DNA from: an uncultured Chroococcidiopsis sp.
GTDB taxonomy: Bacteria > Cyanobacteriota > Cyanobacteriia > Cyanobacteriales > Chroococcidiopsidaceae
DNA: 64,000 nucleotides
Assembly (NCBI GenBank): GCA_964248365.1
Contig: CAXTYC010000002.1
Location: forward strand, 166,547 to 230,546
Direction: 5' to 3'
The position numbers were made by a program, and so were the translations under genes. Positions 31,456 to 41,261 of this stretch are shown piece after piece. Positions within the stretch are counted from its first letter, which is position 1. The number at the start of each line of letters is the position of its first letter. The notes under the pieces are model-generated. The model was not told where the DNA came from. It saw only the letters and a program-made list of their open reading frames with translations, and searched no databases.

Positions 31456-32367
31456 CTAAGCGCCCCTATATGCAAGGGCAAAGCGTTCAATTCCAGCTAA
31501 ATCGGTATGAATTTCAATTTGGCAGTAACTGCCTTGATTGTCCAGTAGCTGGGCGACAGTTGGAGCTTGTCCTGCCATCATTTCAATTAACCACACACCA
31601 CCAGGTCGAAGATAGGCGGGGGAGGTTTCAATTAAATATCTGATACAATCTAATCCATCCACACCGCCATCTAGGGCTAAATGTGGCTCATGTTTAGCTA
31701 CTTCTGGTTGCAGCTGGGGTACTAGAGAACTGGGAATATAAGGCGGGTTCGACACCATACCACTGATTTGACCTTTGAGCGATGCAAGTGGCTCCCACCA
31801 ATCACCTTGATAGAAGTGAATGCGGTCGGTAAAACCTAATTTCTGGGCATTCATCTGAGCGATCGCCAGTGCTTCCCGACTACGATCAATGGCATGAATT
31901 GTAGCAGCGGGAAAAGCATCTGCTAGTCCCAGGGCGATCGCGCCACTCCCCGTCCCCAAATCTACCCAGTGTCCCTCTTCCAATTGACTTACGGAAGCAT
32001 TTGTGGTAGCTGCTACTGCTAAGTCGATTAACTGCTCGGTTTCTGGTCGGGGAATCAAGACAGCGCTCGAAACTGCCAATTTAAACTGTCGCCAAGGCGT
32101 AGCATGAGCAATGTACTGGACTGGTAAGCGGTCATTTAGTCGCTTTTGCCACAGCCTGTCTAATTCTGGTAAAGGTAGCTGTAGCTGAATTTGGGGATAA
32201 TCTTTGAAAGACTCTAGCCGCAGGGATAAACGATCCATACTGGCTACTTCTTGCAGTAGCCAGTCTAGTTCATTTGGTGAGACATTGGCAGCGATCGCTG
32301 CAAGTGTTGCTCTTTTACGCCACTGCCAAAGTTCTAAACCAGATACCCACGACAAAGAAGCGCTCAT
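31456..32367 (-). CDS. prmC: Release factor glutamine methyltransferase
   Basis: VLIPRPETE, DLGTGSGAI, SNPPY motifs. Confidence 0.96.
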   Translation of the reverse strand: MSASLSWVSGLELWQWRKRATLAAIAANVSPNELDWLLQEVASMDRLSLRLESFKDYPQIQLQLPLPELDRLWQKRLNDRLPVQYIAHATPWRQFKLAVSSAVLIPRPETEQLIDLAVAATTNASVSQLEEGHWVDLGTGSGAIALGLADAFPAATIHAIDRSREALAIAQMNAQKLGFTDRIHFYQGDWWEPLASLKGQISGMVSNPPYIPSSLVPQLQPEVAKHEPHLALDGGVDGLDCIRYLIETSPAYLRPGGVWLIEMMAGQAPTVAQLLDNQGSYCQIEIHTDLAGIERFALAYRGA

Positions 32368-32370
32368 GAG

Positions 32371-33168
32371 TTAGCGTTTCGGTGCAGTTGATTGGGGACG
32401 TTTTTGATTACCACCATTAGAACTGAGCGATCGCACAAAGTCAATTGACTCTTTTGGTGGGACTAGGACAACTTGGCTCAAACCCTTATCATTGCCACTT
32501 TGTAGAGCTTGTATCATTCCTTCCAAATTCACTACTTGAATTTCAATCGTGGAAGCTAAATCAGGTTTCTGTTGTTTGAAGCGCTCTAGCATACTTTGTA
32601 ATTCACTTTTGTTAAAGAAGAAAGGAATTACTTGCCCGTTCGCTTGTTTAATAGTCAAGTAGCCTTTTTCTTTTCCAGCTTTGGCTACAAATAAAGGAGT
32701 GCCATTAAACTTTTGCACTTTTTGACCACTTTGCTGCAACAGTTGCACTGCTGCTGCAACTTGTTGCTGTTGTGGAACAAAGGCAAAATCAGGAGAATTT
32801 GGCTTGTTTTTGTTCGCTTGCTCTAGTTTGTAAACTTCCGCCAAAGATACAGGAACTACTCGGACATTTTTCGCCAGAGTTGGATTTTTCGTCTTTATGC
32901 GATCAATAAATGCCTGAGCATCTTGACGATTAATAAAAACTCCTGCAACTCCTGACTTTTTTTTCTGATCTGGTACAGAAGCCACTAAGGGAGCGCCTTT
33001 GTCATCTGTAATTGTGAACATAGGCACAGGTCCTAGTTTTTGCAAGACTTGCTCTTGGGGCAAAGCTAATGCTTGTAAAGCACCAATTGTTGAAGAGCCG
33101 ATGATAGCACTTGCAGCTAAACCTAATGTAGCGGTTCGGCGAATCATTGATTTTATAACTGATTTCAT
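32371..33168 (-). CDS. tic22: Tic22 family protein
   Basis: Signal peptide, KLGPVPMFTIT..GAPL, FNGTPLF, IPFFF; upstream of prmC-tsaC. Confidence 0.88.
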   Translation of the reverse strand: MKSVIKSMIRRTATLGLAASAIIGSSTIGALQALALPQEQVLQKLGPVPMFTITDDKGAPLVASVPDQKKKSGVAGVFINRQDAQAFIDRIKTKNPTLAKNVRVVPVSLAEVYKLEQANKNKPNSPDFAFVPQQQQVAAAVQLLQQSGQKVQKFNGTPLFVAKAGKEKGYLTIKQANGQVIPFFFNKSELQSMLERFKQQKPDLASTIEIQVVNLEGMIQALQSGNDKGLSQVVLVPPKESIDFVRSLSSNGGNQKRPQSTAPKR

Positions 33169-33329
33169 GAATGCTCCTGGCATTAATCACCAAATTGATA
33201 GATGCGAACGGTTAGAAGTTTACACCGTCCTTTTGTTCTTGCCTATAGTAACGCCTTTGTCAATAGTCTTTTTGATTTTATTTTGGCTCTCGACTCCAAT
33301 AGACGAAAGCATTAGGAGAAAAGTTTCAA

Positions 33330-34178
33330 TTAGGCAAGCAGTTTGTAGCAAACACTTTTGTTGAATTGCACCCGCTCAAACGAGTCATCAAGATTAATTG
33401 TCGTTTCACCACCACCCAAAAACAAATAGCCATCAGGTTTTAAAACCTGCCGTACCTTACCCAGAATTGCTTTTTTTGTTTGAGTATCGAAATAGATTAA
33501 AACATTACGCATGAAAATAATATCCATTGGCGGCAGTGATGACCAGGATTGGATGAGATTGAGCTGATGAAACTCAACCATCTGCCGAATATCTTCCTTA
33601 AGAAGCCAGTCATTATTTTGCGGCTCAAAGTATTTGTTTCGTAGTGTTTCAGGTAGTCCTCGGTTAACTTCGAGTTGATTATAACGACCATTGCGGGCGC
33701 GTGCTAAAATTTTGCTGGAAAAGTCGCTGCCAATTAGCCGCAAATTCCAACTTGTCAGCATGGGGAAATGTTCACGAATCAGCATAGCGATGCTGTATGG
33801 TTCCTGACCACTGGAGCAAGCAGCAGACCAAATATTAAGAGATTGATCGCCTTTGCGCCGCTCGATTAACAGGGGTAGGATAAAATCGATTAGCGCTTCA
33901 AAAGGATAGACATCTCGGAAAAACGTTGTTTCGTATGTCGCTAGTGCTTCAATTACTTGCACATGAAGCTCGCCAAATGGGACACTTCGCAGTCGTCTTA
34001 CTAACGAGGCGATCGAATCGAATCCTGCCGACTGTGCCAGCATTCCTAGATGTAGCTTTGCCAGATATTCTTTATCTGCATCCAGCACAACCGCTGAATG
34101 TTCACGGACTAAGTGACGAAGATAGGCAAAGTCGATACTACTTATGCCCATTGTCGGTTTGTTACAGTTCTTAAACAT
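33330..34178 (-). CDS. cheR: Chemotaxis methyltransferase CheR
   Basis: ETTFFRD, WSAACSSGQEPYS, RNVLIYFD motifs. Confidence 0.95.
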   Translation of the reverse strand: MFKNCNKPTMGISSIDFAYLRHLVREHSAVVLDADKEYLAKLHLGMLAQSAGFDSIASLVRRLRSVPFGELHVQVIEALATYETTFFRDVYPFEALIDFILPLLIERRKGDQSLNIWSAACSSGQEPYSIAMLIREHFPMLTSWNLRLIGSDFSSKILARARNGRYNQLEVNRGLPETLRNKYFEPQNNDWLLKEDIRQMVEFHQLNLIQSWSSLPPMDIIFMRNVLIYFDTQTKKAILGKVRQVLKPDGYLFLGGGETTINLDDSFERVQFNKSVCYKLLA

Positions 34179-34205
34179 ATATGATTAAAAAATTTAAATA
34201 TCATA

Positions 34206-35255
34206 TCAATTTTTATGTATTTGGTTTATAATTTCATCTGCCATTTGGTCAAGGGGTAAGATTTGATCGGCAAGTCCCGCATTAGCTACAAAACCAGGCA
34301 TACCCCAAACTACGCTGCTGGCTTTATCCTGAACTAGAATTTGACCTCCCGCCTCGCGGATACACTTGCAGCCATGCAGTCCATCTCCACCCATACCAGT
34401 CAGCACAACTGCTAATGTTCTTGCTCCATAAACCTGAGCTACAGAACGAAAGAGGACATCAACTGAAGGGCGACAGGAGTTTTCTGGTGGTTCTTGGTTG
34501 GTGGCAATTTGCCCTCCTGTTCCATGTCGCTCTACAATCATGTGAAAATCCCCTGGTGCTATCCAAGCGTATCCTGGTTCTAGGACAGCCCCAGGAAATG
34601 CTTCCTGGACGGGAATTTTGCACTTAGATGCAAGGCGCTGTGCCAATAGCTGGGTAAACATGGGGGGCATATGTTGAACAATCACAATCGGAACAGAGAA
34701 TTCTGCTGGTAGCTGGGACAGTAGAACTGCTAGGGCATTAGGTCCCCCAGTAGAAACCCCAATTGCTACTATGTCCACTTGTTTCTTTGCTAAAGGAGTG
34801 GGTGGAGCGATTGTTTGGGGAGCGATCGCAGGGGGTGATTTGGTACTATCTATACCAAATAACTTAATTTTAGGAACTAACTCTTGGCAGATGTGTTGAT
34901 TTGCCGCCTCTACACTACCTAAATTACTTGGCTTGGTAGCGTAATCATTAGCCCCCAAAGATAGAGCTGACAAAGTTGCTTCTGCTCCCGTGCGCGTAAA
35001 CGTGCTAAACATAATTACGGGTAGAAGTGGATAATTTTGCCGAATTGCAGTCAATGTTTCTAACCCGTTCAGATCGGGCATTTCTACGTCAAGGATGATT
35101 ACATCAGGATTGACTTGGGGAATTTTGGCTAGAGCAATGTAACCATTAGCCGCGACACCCACCACCTCTATTTGAGGATCGCTTGACAATATTTTACTAA
35201 CTCGACTACGAACTACTACCGCGTCATCAACAATCAGTACGCGAATCTTCGGCAT
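34206..35255 (-). CDS. cheB: Chemotaxis methylesterase CheB (REC + esterase)
   Basis: REC (IVDD, LDVEMP, KP); catalytic STGGP, VQHMP, TGMGGDG; RPSVDVLF. Confidence 0.96.
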   Translation of the reverse strand: MPKIRVLIVDDAVVVRSRVSKILSSDPQIEVVGVAANGYIALAKIPQVNPDVIILDVEMPDLNGLETLTAIRQNYPLLPVIMFSTFTRTGAEATLSALSLGANDYATKPSNLGSVEAANQHICQELVPKIKLFGIDSTKSPPAIAPQTIAPPTPLAKKQVDIVAIGVSTGGPNALAVLLSQLPAEFSVPIVIVQHMPPMFTQLLAQRLASKCKIPVQEAFPGAVLEPGYAWIAPGDFHMIVERHGTGGQIATNQEPPENSCRPSVDVLFRSVAQVYGARTLAVVLTGMGGDGLHGCKCIREAGGQILVQDKASSVVWGMPGFVANAGLADQILPLDQMADEIINQIHKN

Positions 35256-35286
35256 TGTGCTTTATTATTTGGTAATTGGTAGAGAC

Positions 35287-35338
35287 TGCCACCCATGCCC
35301 ATCAAATTATTGAATGGTGGGCATTGCCCACCCTACTA
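35287..35338 (-). repeat. 52-bp REP-like element, copy A (overlaps the MCP stop codon)
   Basis: Reverse complement: tagtagggtgggcaatgcccaccatt-N11-tgggcatgggtggca. Confidence 0.85.
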
Positions 35339-37171
35339 GTATTTGAATGTGTTAACAACTTGCTGTAAATCGACTGCCATGCGGGATAATTCACTTGCCG
35401 CTTGGTTCGTATTACTTGCACCTGTTGTAGTACTTTGAGCATTGACGGCAACTATACCAATACTCTTAGCAATATCAGAACTGCCTTTTGCTGCTTCTGC
35501 TACGTTGCGCGAGATTTCATTTGTTGTTGCTGTTTGCTCCTCAACTGCGCTGGCAATGGTATTTTGGATATCGTTAATTTGGTTGATGATGCCAGTAATT
35601 TGAGTAATAGCAGAAACAGCACCATTTGTATCAGTTTGAATCGCTTCAATTCTTTGGCTGATATCCTCAGTAGCTTTTGCAGTCTGTTTGGCTAATTCCT
35701 TGACTTCGCTAGCAACAACAGCAAAACCTTTACCCGCTTCGCCTGCTCGTGCAGCCTCAATTGTAGCGTTGAGAGCTAGTAAATTAGTCTGCTGCGCGAT
35801 CGAAGTAATCGTCTTAATTACTTTGCCAATTTCAAGACTGCTTTTGCCCAATTGAGTAATCGTATCATTAGTGTTGTCAGCTGTCTTGACGGCAATATTA
35901 GCCACTCTAGCACCCTCAGCAGCACTCCTGGCAATCTCCTTAATGCTGGCGTTCATTTCCTCTACAGCAGTGGCGACACTTATGGCATTTGTACTTACCT
36001 GTTCAGCTGAAGCTGAGGCTGATGTCGCCTGAAGAGCTGTCTGGGAAGCATTTTCATTCATTTCTTTACTGACTGCTGTTAATTCTTCTGATGCAGAGGC
36101 TACCGCAGTGGCTACGTCAGCCATTTGTTTTATCGAAGCCATCAAATTGGCAATCATCTGGTTAAGGTTATGGGTTAACTGTTTAAATTCCCCAGCATTT
36201 TGCGTCGAAATCTGCTTTGATAGATCTCCAGAGGCTACTGATAACACTACCTCGCCAATACTTTTCACCTGCTCTGTGAGATTGGTTGACATTTGGTTGA
36301 TATTGTCTATCACTTCTTTCCAAATACCTGATGCTTCCTCTAAAACGGCTTGAGAGCCAAGTTTCCCCTCAGTACCAATCTCACGGGCTACCCGCGTTAC
36401 TTCACTGGCAAAAACATTTAGCTGATCCACCATTTGGTTGACGGTATTCTTAAATACCTCTAGTTCCCCTTGGGTTTCTACGGTAATCTTTTTAGTGAGA
36501 TCTCCCAATGCGATCGCACTGGCAATTTCAGCGATGTTGCGAATTTGCCCTCCCAAAGTTGCCCCCATTCGGTTCACATTCTCTATCACTTCCTGCCAAA
36601 CACCAGCGCCTCCCTCTACCACGATTTGCGAACCAAGCTTGCCTTCTGTACCGACTTCCCGTGTCATTTGGGTAACTTCACAGACAAACGTATTAAGTTG
36701 ATCTACCAGTGTGTTGACAGTAGTGCTAACTTGTAGTATCTCTCCTGTTAAAGGTCTACCGTCGATTTCTAATGGCATTTTTTGAGATAAATCACCTCTT
36801 GCGATCGCGCCTATTACCCTTTGGGCTTCCCTCGTCGGCTTTGCCAAGTTATCAATCAAACTATTAATTGAATTAATACTGGTTCCCCACAAACCATCTG
36901 CGGTATCTGTCAGGCGCTCATGAAGTTTTCCTTCGCCAACTTTTTTACTAATTTCTACAATTTGATTAGCAAAATTTTCGTTCAGACTAACCCATTCATT
37001 AAATACTTCTGCAATCTCTCCCAATCCGTTATCTTCTGGTAATCTAATAGTAAAATCTCCATTGTTAGCTTGTTTTAGAGCATTAATTAATTGCATAGTT
37101 GCGGTATTTTCTATACAAACATCCTCTAATTTAGAATTTTTCAAATCATTTTCGCCTTGATTGTTATTCAT
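35336..37171 (-). CDS. Soluble methyl-accepting chemotaxis protein with ~7 tandem HAMP/HAMP-like units
   Basis: No TM segment; repeated GDL..K and [16 protein letters not shown] units; [34 protein letters not shown] hairpin tip. Confidence 0.93.
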   Translation of the reverse strand: MNNNQGENDLKNSKLEDVCIENTATMQLINALKQANNGDFTIRLPEDNGLGEIAEVFNEWVSLNENFANQIVEISKKVGEGKLHERLTDTADGLWGTSINSINSLIDNLAKPTREAQRVIGAIARGDLSQKMPLEIDGRPLTGEILQVSTTVNTLVDQLNTFVCEVTQMTREVGTEGKLGSQIVVEGGAGVWQEVIENVNRMGATLGGQIRNIAEIASAIALGDLTKKITVETQGELEVFKNTVNQMVDQLNVFASEVTRVAREIGTEGKLGSQAVLEEASGIWKEVIDNINQMSTNLTEQVKSIGEVVLSVASGDLSKQISTQNAGEFKQLTHNLNQMIANLMASIKQMADVATAVASASEELTAVSKEMNENASQTALQATSASASAEQVSTNAISVATAVEEMNASIKEIARSAAEGARVANIAVKTADNTNDTITQLGKSSLEIGKVIKTITSIAQQTNLLALNATIEAARAGEAGKGFAVVASEVKELAKQTAKATEDISQRIEAIQTDTNGAVSAITQITGIINQINDIQNTIASAVEEQTATTNEISRNVAEAAKGSSDIAKSIGIVAVNAQSTTTGASNTNQAASELSRMAVDLQQVVNTFKY

Positions 37172-37250
37172 TGCAAAATTCTCCTTAATTATTAAAACTA
37201 ATAAAGTACTTAGCTAATAGCTATAGCAATCCTAAAACATTCGTGAATAG

Positions 37251-37302
37251 TAGTAGGGTGGGCATTGCCCACCATTATCAGAAAGAGTGGGCATGGGTGG
37301 CA
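37251..37302 (+). repeat. 52-bp REP-like element, copy B (inverted relative to copy A)
   Basis: tagtagggtgggcattgcccaccatt-N11-tgggcatgggtggca; preceded by the MITE-like end tatagcaatcctaaaacattcgtgaa (37222-37247). Confidence 0.85.
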
Positions 37303-37313
37303 AACTAGAAATT

Positions 37314-37790
37314 TCACTTATCACATAGGACTGCTATAATTCCTTTTCTATCAAGAACTTTGTCTGTATCCAGAATCAGCAAAAATCCGTCCTTAAGTTT
37401 ATAAGCTCCCTGTAATACCTGCTGTAATTTGCCTTTAAGGGTTGCGGGTGGAGGTTCAAAATCATTTTCTGTGAATTCTAAAATGTCTCCAATGTCATCC
37501 ACTAATAGACTCACTACCTCCGCATCAGTACGCACTATTACATTGTAGGGAAGTTGCTCGTCGGGAAGTTCAGATATTGGTATTACAGGATCGCTCATCT
37601 CTAATCTACGGCGCAGGTCAATAATAGTAACAATTTGTCCGCGCAGATTAATCAATCCACAAATATCTAACGGTGCTAGAGGTACAGAAGTCATTTCTTG
37701 ATAGCGAATGACTTCTTGGACATGGCGCACATCAATACCAAAGAAAATCCCATTTAGAAAAAAAGTGCAAATCTGATGTTGAACAGGCAT
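37314..37790 (-). CDS. cheW: Chemotaxis coupling protein CheW
   Basis: FGIDV..VQEVI, GLINLRGQIVTIIDL motifs. Confidence 0.95.
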   Translation of the reverse strand: MPVQHQICTFFLNGIFFGIDVRHVQEVIRYQEMTSVPLAPLDICGLINLRGQIVTIIDLRRRLEMSDPVIPISELPDEQLPYNVIVRTDAEVVSLLVDDIGDILEFTENDFEPPPATLKGKLQQVLQGAYKLKDGFLLILDTDKVLDRKGIIAVLCDK

Positions 37791-37827
37791 TATCAGTTAC
37801 CAGTTAGCAGTTACCAGTTACCAATTA

Positions 37828-40125
37828 TTAATTTCCCTTAAGTAAATAAGGATTGGCAATCCGAACAATATTTTCAATATCGAGGATTTCAGTTATTTGA
37901 CCTTGGATAAGTGCAAGAAAAAGCACACCTGGTCTACTGGCTGCGCCTTTAATAGTAAGTGGTTCCTCTACAATATCAAGAATGCGCTCTACTACTAGTC
38001 CTATATTGTGTTCTTGGTTCAAAGAAACTACTACTACCTGAATAATGTCATCTTCAGCTTGTGGGATAGCCTTAATAGGCTTAAAGGCAGGCAAGGGGCA
38101 AACCTCACTATAATCATCCTGGGAATCTGCAATGCCAAATACAGTATGGAGATCGATTAGAGACAAAATTTTACCTCGATACTGTATTGCATACTGATTT
38201 GCAATCTTCTCAACAGCAGAACGGGGAAACTCTTCCAAGCGAAAAGTTTGGGTAAGGGGAATACCCATACGTCCACCTTGGGAACCGTGAAAAAGCAGCA
38301 CCATCTGGCGGTTGTCTTCTTGTTGGGCTTTTTGTGGTTGAGTACTGGACAGTTGCTGCTGCATTTGTAATGTCAAGCCAGCTCGTTTTGCCAGTGCGAT
38401 CGCATCTATAATTAGTGCAACCTTGCCATCACCCAAAATAGTTGCTCCAGCATAAATAGTTAAATCTTTTAACTGTTTCCCCAGTGGTTTAACTACAATA
38501 TCCTGAGTGTCTGAAATCTCGTCTACTACTAAACCAAAGCGGTAATTGTCAGCATTGATGACAACAATATTAATCGTTTCTAAGTCTGTGGTATCTTGAA
38601 CAAGCAATTCACGATTTAGATATACCAAAGGCAAAACATTGCCGCGCAAGCGGTACACAGGCACATCATAAAGCATTTCGATGTCATTAACAGCTTGTTC
38701 TTCGAGGCGAACTAGCTCTTGTATACTCGATTGGGAAATAGCATAGCGAGAGCCTCCACTCATCACAATCAACGCTGGAATAATTGCCAGAGTCAGGGGA
38801 ATCTTGATTTTGAATGTAGTTCCTTGTCCCAATTGACTATAAACGTCAACTGTACCATTGATCTTCTCGATGTTGGTTTTCACCACATCCATTCCCACAC
38901 CCCGCCCTGACAGATTTGTCACCTGTTGGGCTGTTGATAAGCCTGGTAAGAAAATCAAATTGACAGCTTCCGACTCGCTGATGCTAGCAGCTCTGCTAGC
39001 GGTAATCAGTCCGAGTTGCTGCGCTTTTTGTTTAAGCTGTTGGGAATCGATTCCACTGCCATCATCACTAATTTCTATATTTACTTTACCGCTTTCATGA
39101 AAGGCTCGTAAGCAAAGCCTTCCTACAACTGGTTTACCACGCTGTGTCCGTACAGTTGGTGTCTCAATACCGTGATCGATGCAGTTGCGAATTAAATGGG
39201 TTAAAGGATCTTTGATTGCCTCAATAATAGTCTTATCAAGCTCAGTTGAGGCTCCTAGCATTTCAACTTGTACTTGTTTACCACAAGCGATCGCCGCGTC
39301 ACGAACCACACGGGGAAACTTCTGCCAAATTATACCAATGGGCTGCATTCGAGTTTTCATCACCCCTGACTGCAACTGACTGGTAATCAGATTTAGCTGT
39401 TGGCAGGTAGCATTAAACGCCGTATCTTCTAGGCTATCGGCATATTGCAGCAGCTGATTGCGAGTTAAAACCAGTTCACCCACCAAGTTCATCACCTGAT
39501 CGAGCAAACCCACATTCACCCGAATTGAGGAGGGGCTAGAAGAGGGGCTAGGGGCTAGAGGCTGGGGGCTGGGGAACTCACCGGAAGATTCTGGGATTTC
39601 AGATATTTGATTTTTACTCACAGACTCCAACTTAGAATCCCTAGCCTCTAGCCCCAAACCCCTAGCCCCAAGTTCATCCCTAGCCTCTAGCCCCAAGCCC
39701 CTAGCCCCTTCCCCCGTTGCTTGTCCTACTACTTGCAGTTGGGTTAAAGTTTTGATCAGTGTTGAATAGTCAAGATTGCCTTCATTGCTACTTGCTTCGA
39801 TATTAGTGAGGAGTTGTCGTATAGTATCCACACCTTGGAGTAAACCACTAATGATACTATGATTCAGTTTCAGCTTGCCTGAGCGCAGGTTGCCTAGCAA
39901 ATTCTCACTAGCATGAGCGATCGCTTCTAACTTGGGAAAAGGTAGAAAGCCGCAGTTCCCTTTTATACTGTGAATTACACGGTATACCCGATCTAAAATC
40001 TCTCCATTGGTAGATTTTTTTTCTAAATCAATAATGTCGCGTTCAATTTGATTGAGATTCTCGTAACTTTCGACTAGGAAGGCTCTTATATCATCCTCGT
40101 CTATCTCATCTAACGCCATGTTCAT
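37828..40125 (-). CDS. cheA: Chemotaxis histidine kinase CheA (Hpt-dimerisation-HATPase-CheW-CheW, no P2)
   Basis: RVIHSIKG (P1), SIRVNVGLLDQVMNLVGELV, HLIRNCIDHG, DDGSGI, SGRGVGMDVV, PLTLAI; second CheW-like domain at the C-terminus. Confidence 0.96.
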   Translation of the reverse strand: MNMALDEIDEDDIRAFLVESYENLNQIERDIIDLEKKSTNGEILDRVYRVIHSIKGNCGFLPFPKLEAIAHASENLLGNLRSGKLKLNHSIISGLLQGVDTIRQLLTNIEASSNEGNLDYSTLIKTLTQLQVVGQATGEGARGLGLEARDELGARGLGLEARDSKLESVSKNQISEIPESSGEFPSPQPLAPSPSSSPSSIRVNVGLLDQVMNLVGELVLTRNQLLQYADSLEDTAFNATCQQLNLITSQLQSGVMKTRMQPIGIIWQKFPRVVRDAAIACGKQVQVEMLGASTELDKTIIEAIKDPLTHLIRNCIDHGIETPTVRTQRGKPVVGRLCLRAFHESGKVNIEISDDGSGIDSQQLKQKAQQLGLITASRAASISESEAVNLIFLPGLSTAQQVTNLSGRGVGMDVVKTNIEKINGTVDVYSQLGQGTTFKIKIPLTLAIIPALIVMSGGSRYAISQSSIQELVRLEEQAVNDIEMLYDVPVYRLRGNVLPLVYLNRELLVQDTTDLETINIVVINADNYRFGLVVDEISDTQDIVVKPLGKQLKDLTIYAGATILGDGKVALIIDAIALAKRAGLTLQMQQQLSSTQPQKAQQEDNRQMVLLFHGSQGGRMGIPLTQTFRLEEFPRSAVEKIANQYAIQYRGKILSLIDLHTVFGIADSQDDYSEVCPLPAFKPIKAIPQAEDDIIQVVVVSLNQEHNIGLVVERILDIVEEPLTIKGAASRPGVLFLALIQGQITEILDIENIVRIANPYLLKGN

Positions 40126-40228
40126 CTAGGCTTAAAAATTGCCTTTGAAATTATAGCTACTGCTAGGCTAGGCTAGCAAAATTTCCGATTTCATAGCTAA
40201 ATAAATATATCAACTTCAAAGAAGAATC

Positions 40229-40594
40229 ATGGCATTAATTTTGATTGTGGACGATGCAGCATTTTCCCGCCGGATGATCCGCAAAGCTTTGCAAACCGAC
40301 GGCTATGAGATTTTGGAAGCAACCAATGGGCGCGAAGGGCTAGAAATTGCTTGCAGCCACACACCTGATTTGATTTTGACAGATCTCTTAATGCCCGACA
40401 TCAACGGATTTGAATTACTTCAGGCTTTACAAAAACAAGGCTTAAAGATTCCAACGATTATCATTTCAGCAGATATCCAAGAATCCTCACGCAAACAAGG
40501 CTTGGAACTGGGAGCCGCTGGATTTATTAATAAACCCCCCAAAGCAGAAGAACTGCGTAATACAGTGCAACAAGTTTGTAATTTCAAGGATTAA
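40229..40594 (+). CDS. Single-domain response regulator (CheY-like)
   Basis: IVDD, TDLLMP, ISA, NKP REC motifs; 121 aa. Confidence 0.93.
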   Translation: MALILIVDDAAFSRRMIRKALQTDGYEILEATNGREGLEIACSHTPDLILTDLLMPDINGFELLQALQKQGLKIPTIIISADIQESSRKQGLELGAAGFINKPPKAEELRNTVQQVCNFKD

Positions 40595-40600
40595 TTCTTT

Positions 40601-41209
40601 ATGCAGTTGACAGATGATGAAATCGATGCTCTAAAAGAACTAGTGAATATCGGTGTTGGTCGAGCAGCCAGTATGCTAAATGAAATGGTGGACTCTAGAA
40701 TTTTTTTAAAAATTCCGTCTATTCAAGTACTAAATGCAACTGATTTGCAACAAGAATTAACGAAAAAATTTAACAATCATTGTTTTGCTGCTGTCACGCA
40801 AAGCTTCACAGGTTCATTTTGTGGAACCGCAGAGCTAGTTTTCCCTACTGAAAGTGCATCAAAGCTGGTAGCAGTTCTCACAGGGGAAAAGCAAGGATCG
40901 CCGGATCTTGATGCTGTTAAGATTGGTACACTAACTGAAATCGGCAATATTGTTATTAACAGTGTAATGGGTTCGATTAGCAATGTGCTAAAGCAGTATA
41001 TGAATTATGCTCTACCTGTATACTTAGAAGACACCGTTGAAAACTTATTAAGATCAAATAATGTTAGCAATTCAACAATATTATTAGCCTCTGCTCGTTT
41101 TACAATTGAAGAATTAGAGATTATTGGAGACATTGTCTTAATTTTTGAAGTCAATTCTTTTGAGGTATTACTAGCCGCTATAAATCAGGAAAACCAAGTT
41201 CGATTATGA
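40601..41209 (+). CDS. cheC: CheC-family phosphatase
   Basis: Two ExxN sites: DALKELVNIGVGRAA and GTLTEIGNI. Confidence 0.88.
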   Translation: MQLTDDEIDALKELVNIGVGRAASMLNEMVDSRIFLKIPSIQVLNATDLQQELTKKFNNHCFAAVTQSFTGSFCGTAELVFPTESASKLVAVLTGEKQGSPDLDAVKIGTLTEIGNIVINSVMGSISNVLKQYMNYALPVYLEDTVENLLRSNNVSNSTILLASARFTIEELEIIGDIVLIFEVNSFEVLLAAINQENQVRL

Positions 41210-41261
41210 AGAAAGCTAAAAGCTAACTGCTAGCTGCTAACAACTTGTACTGATTTTCATT

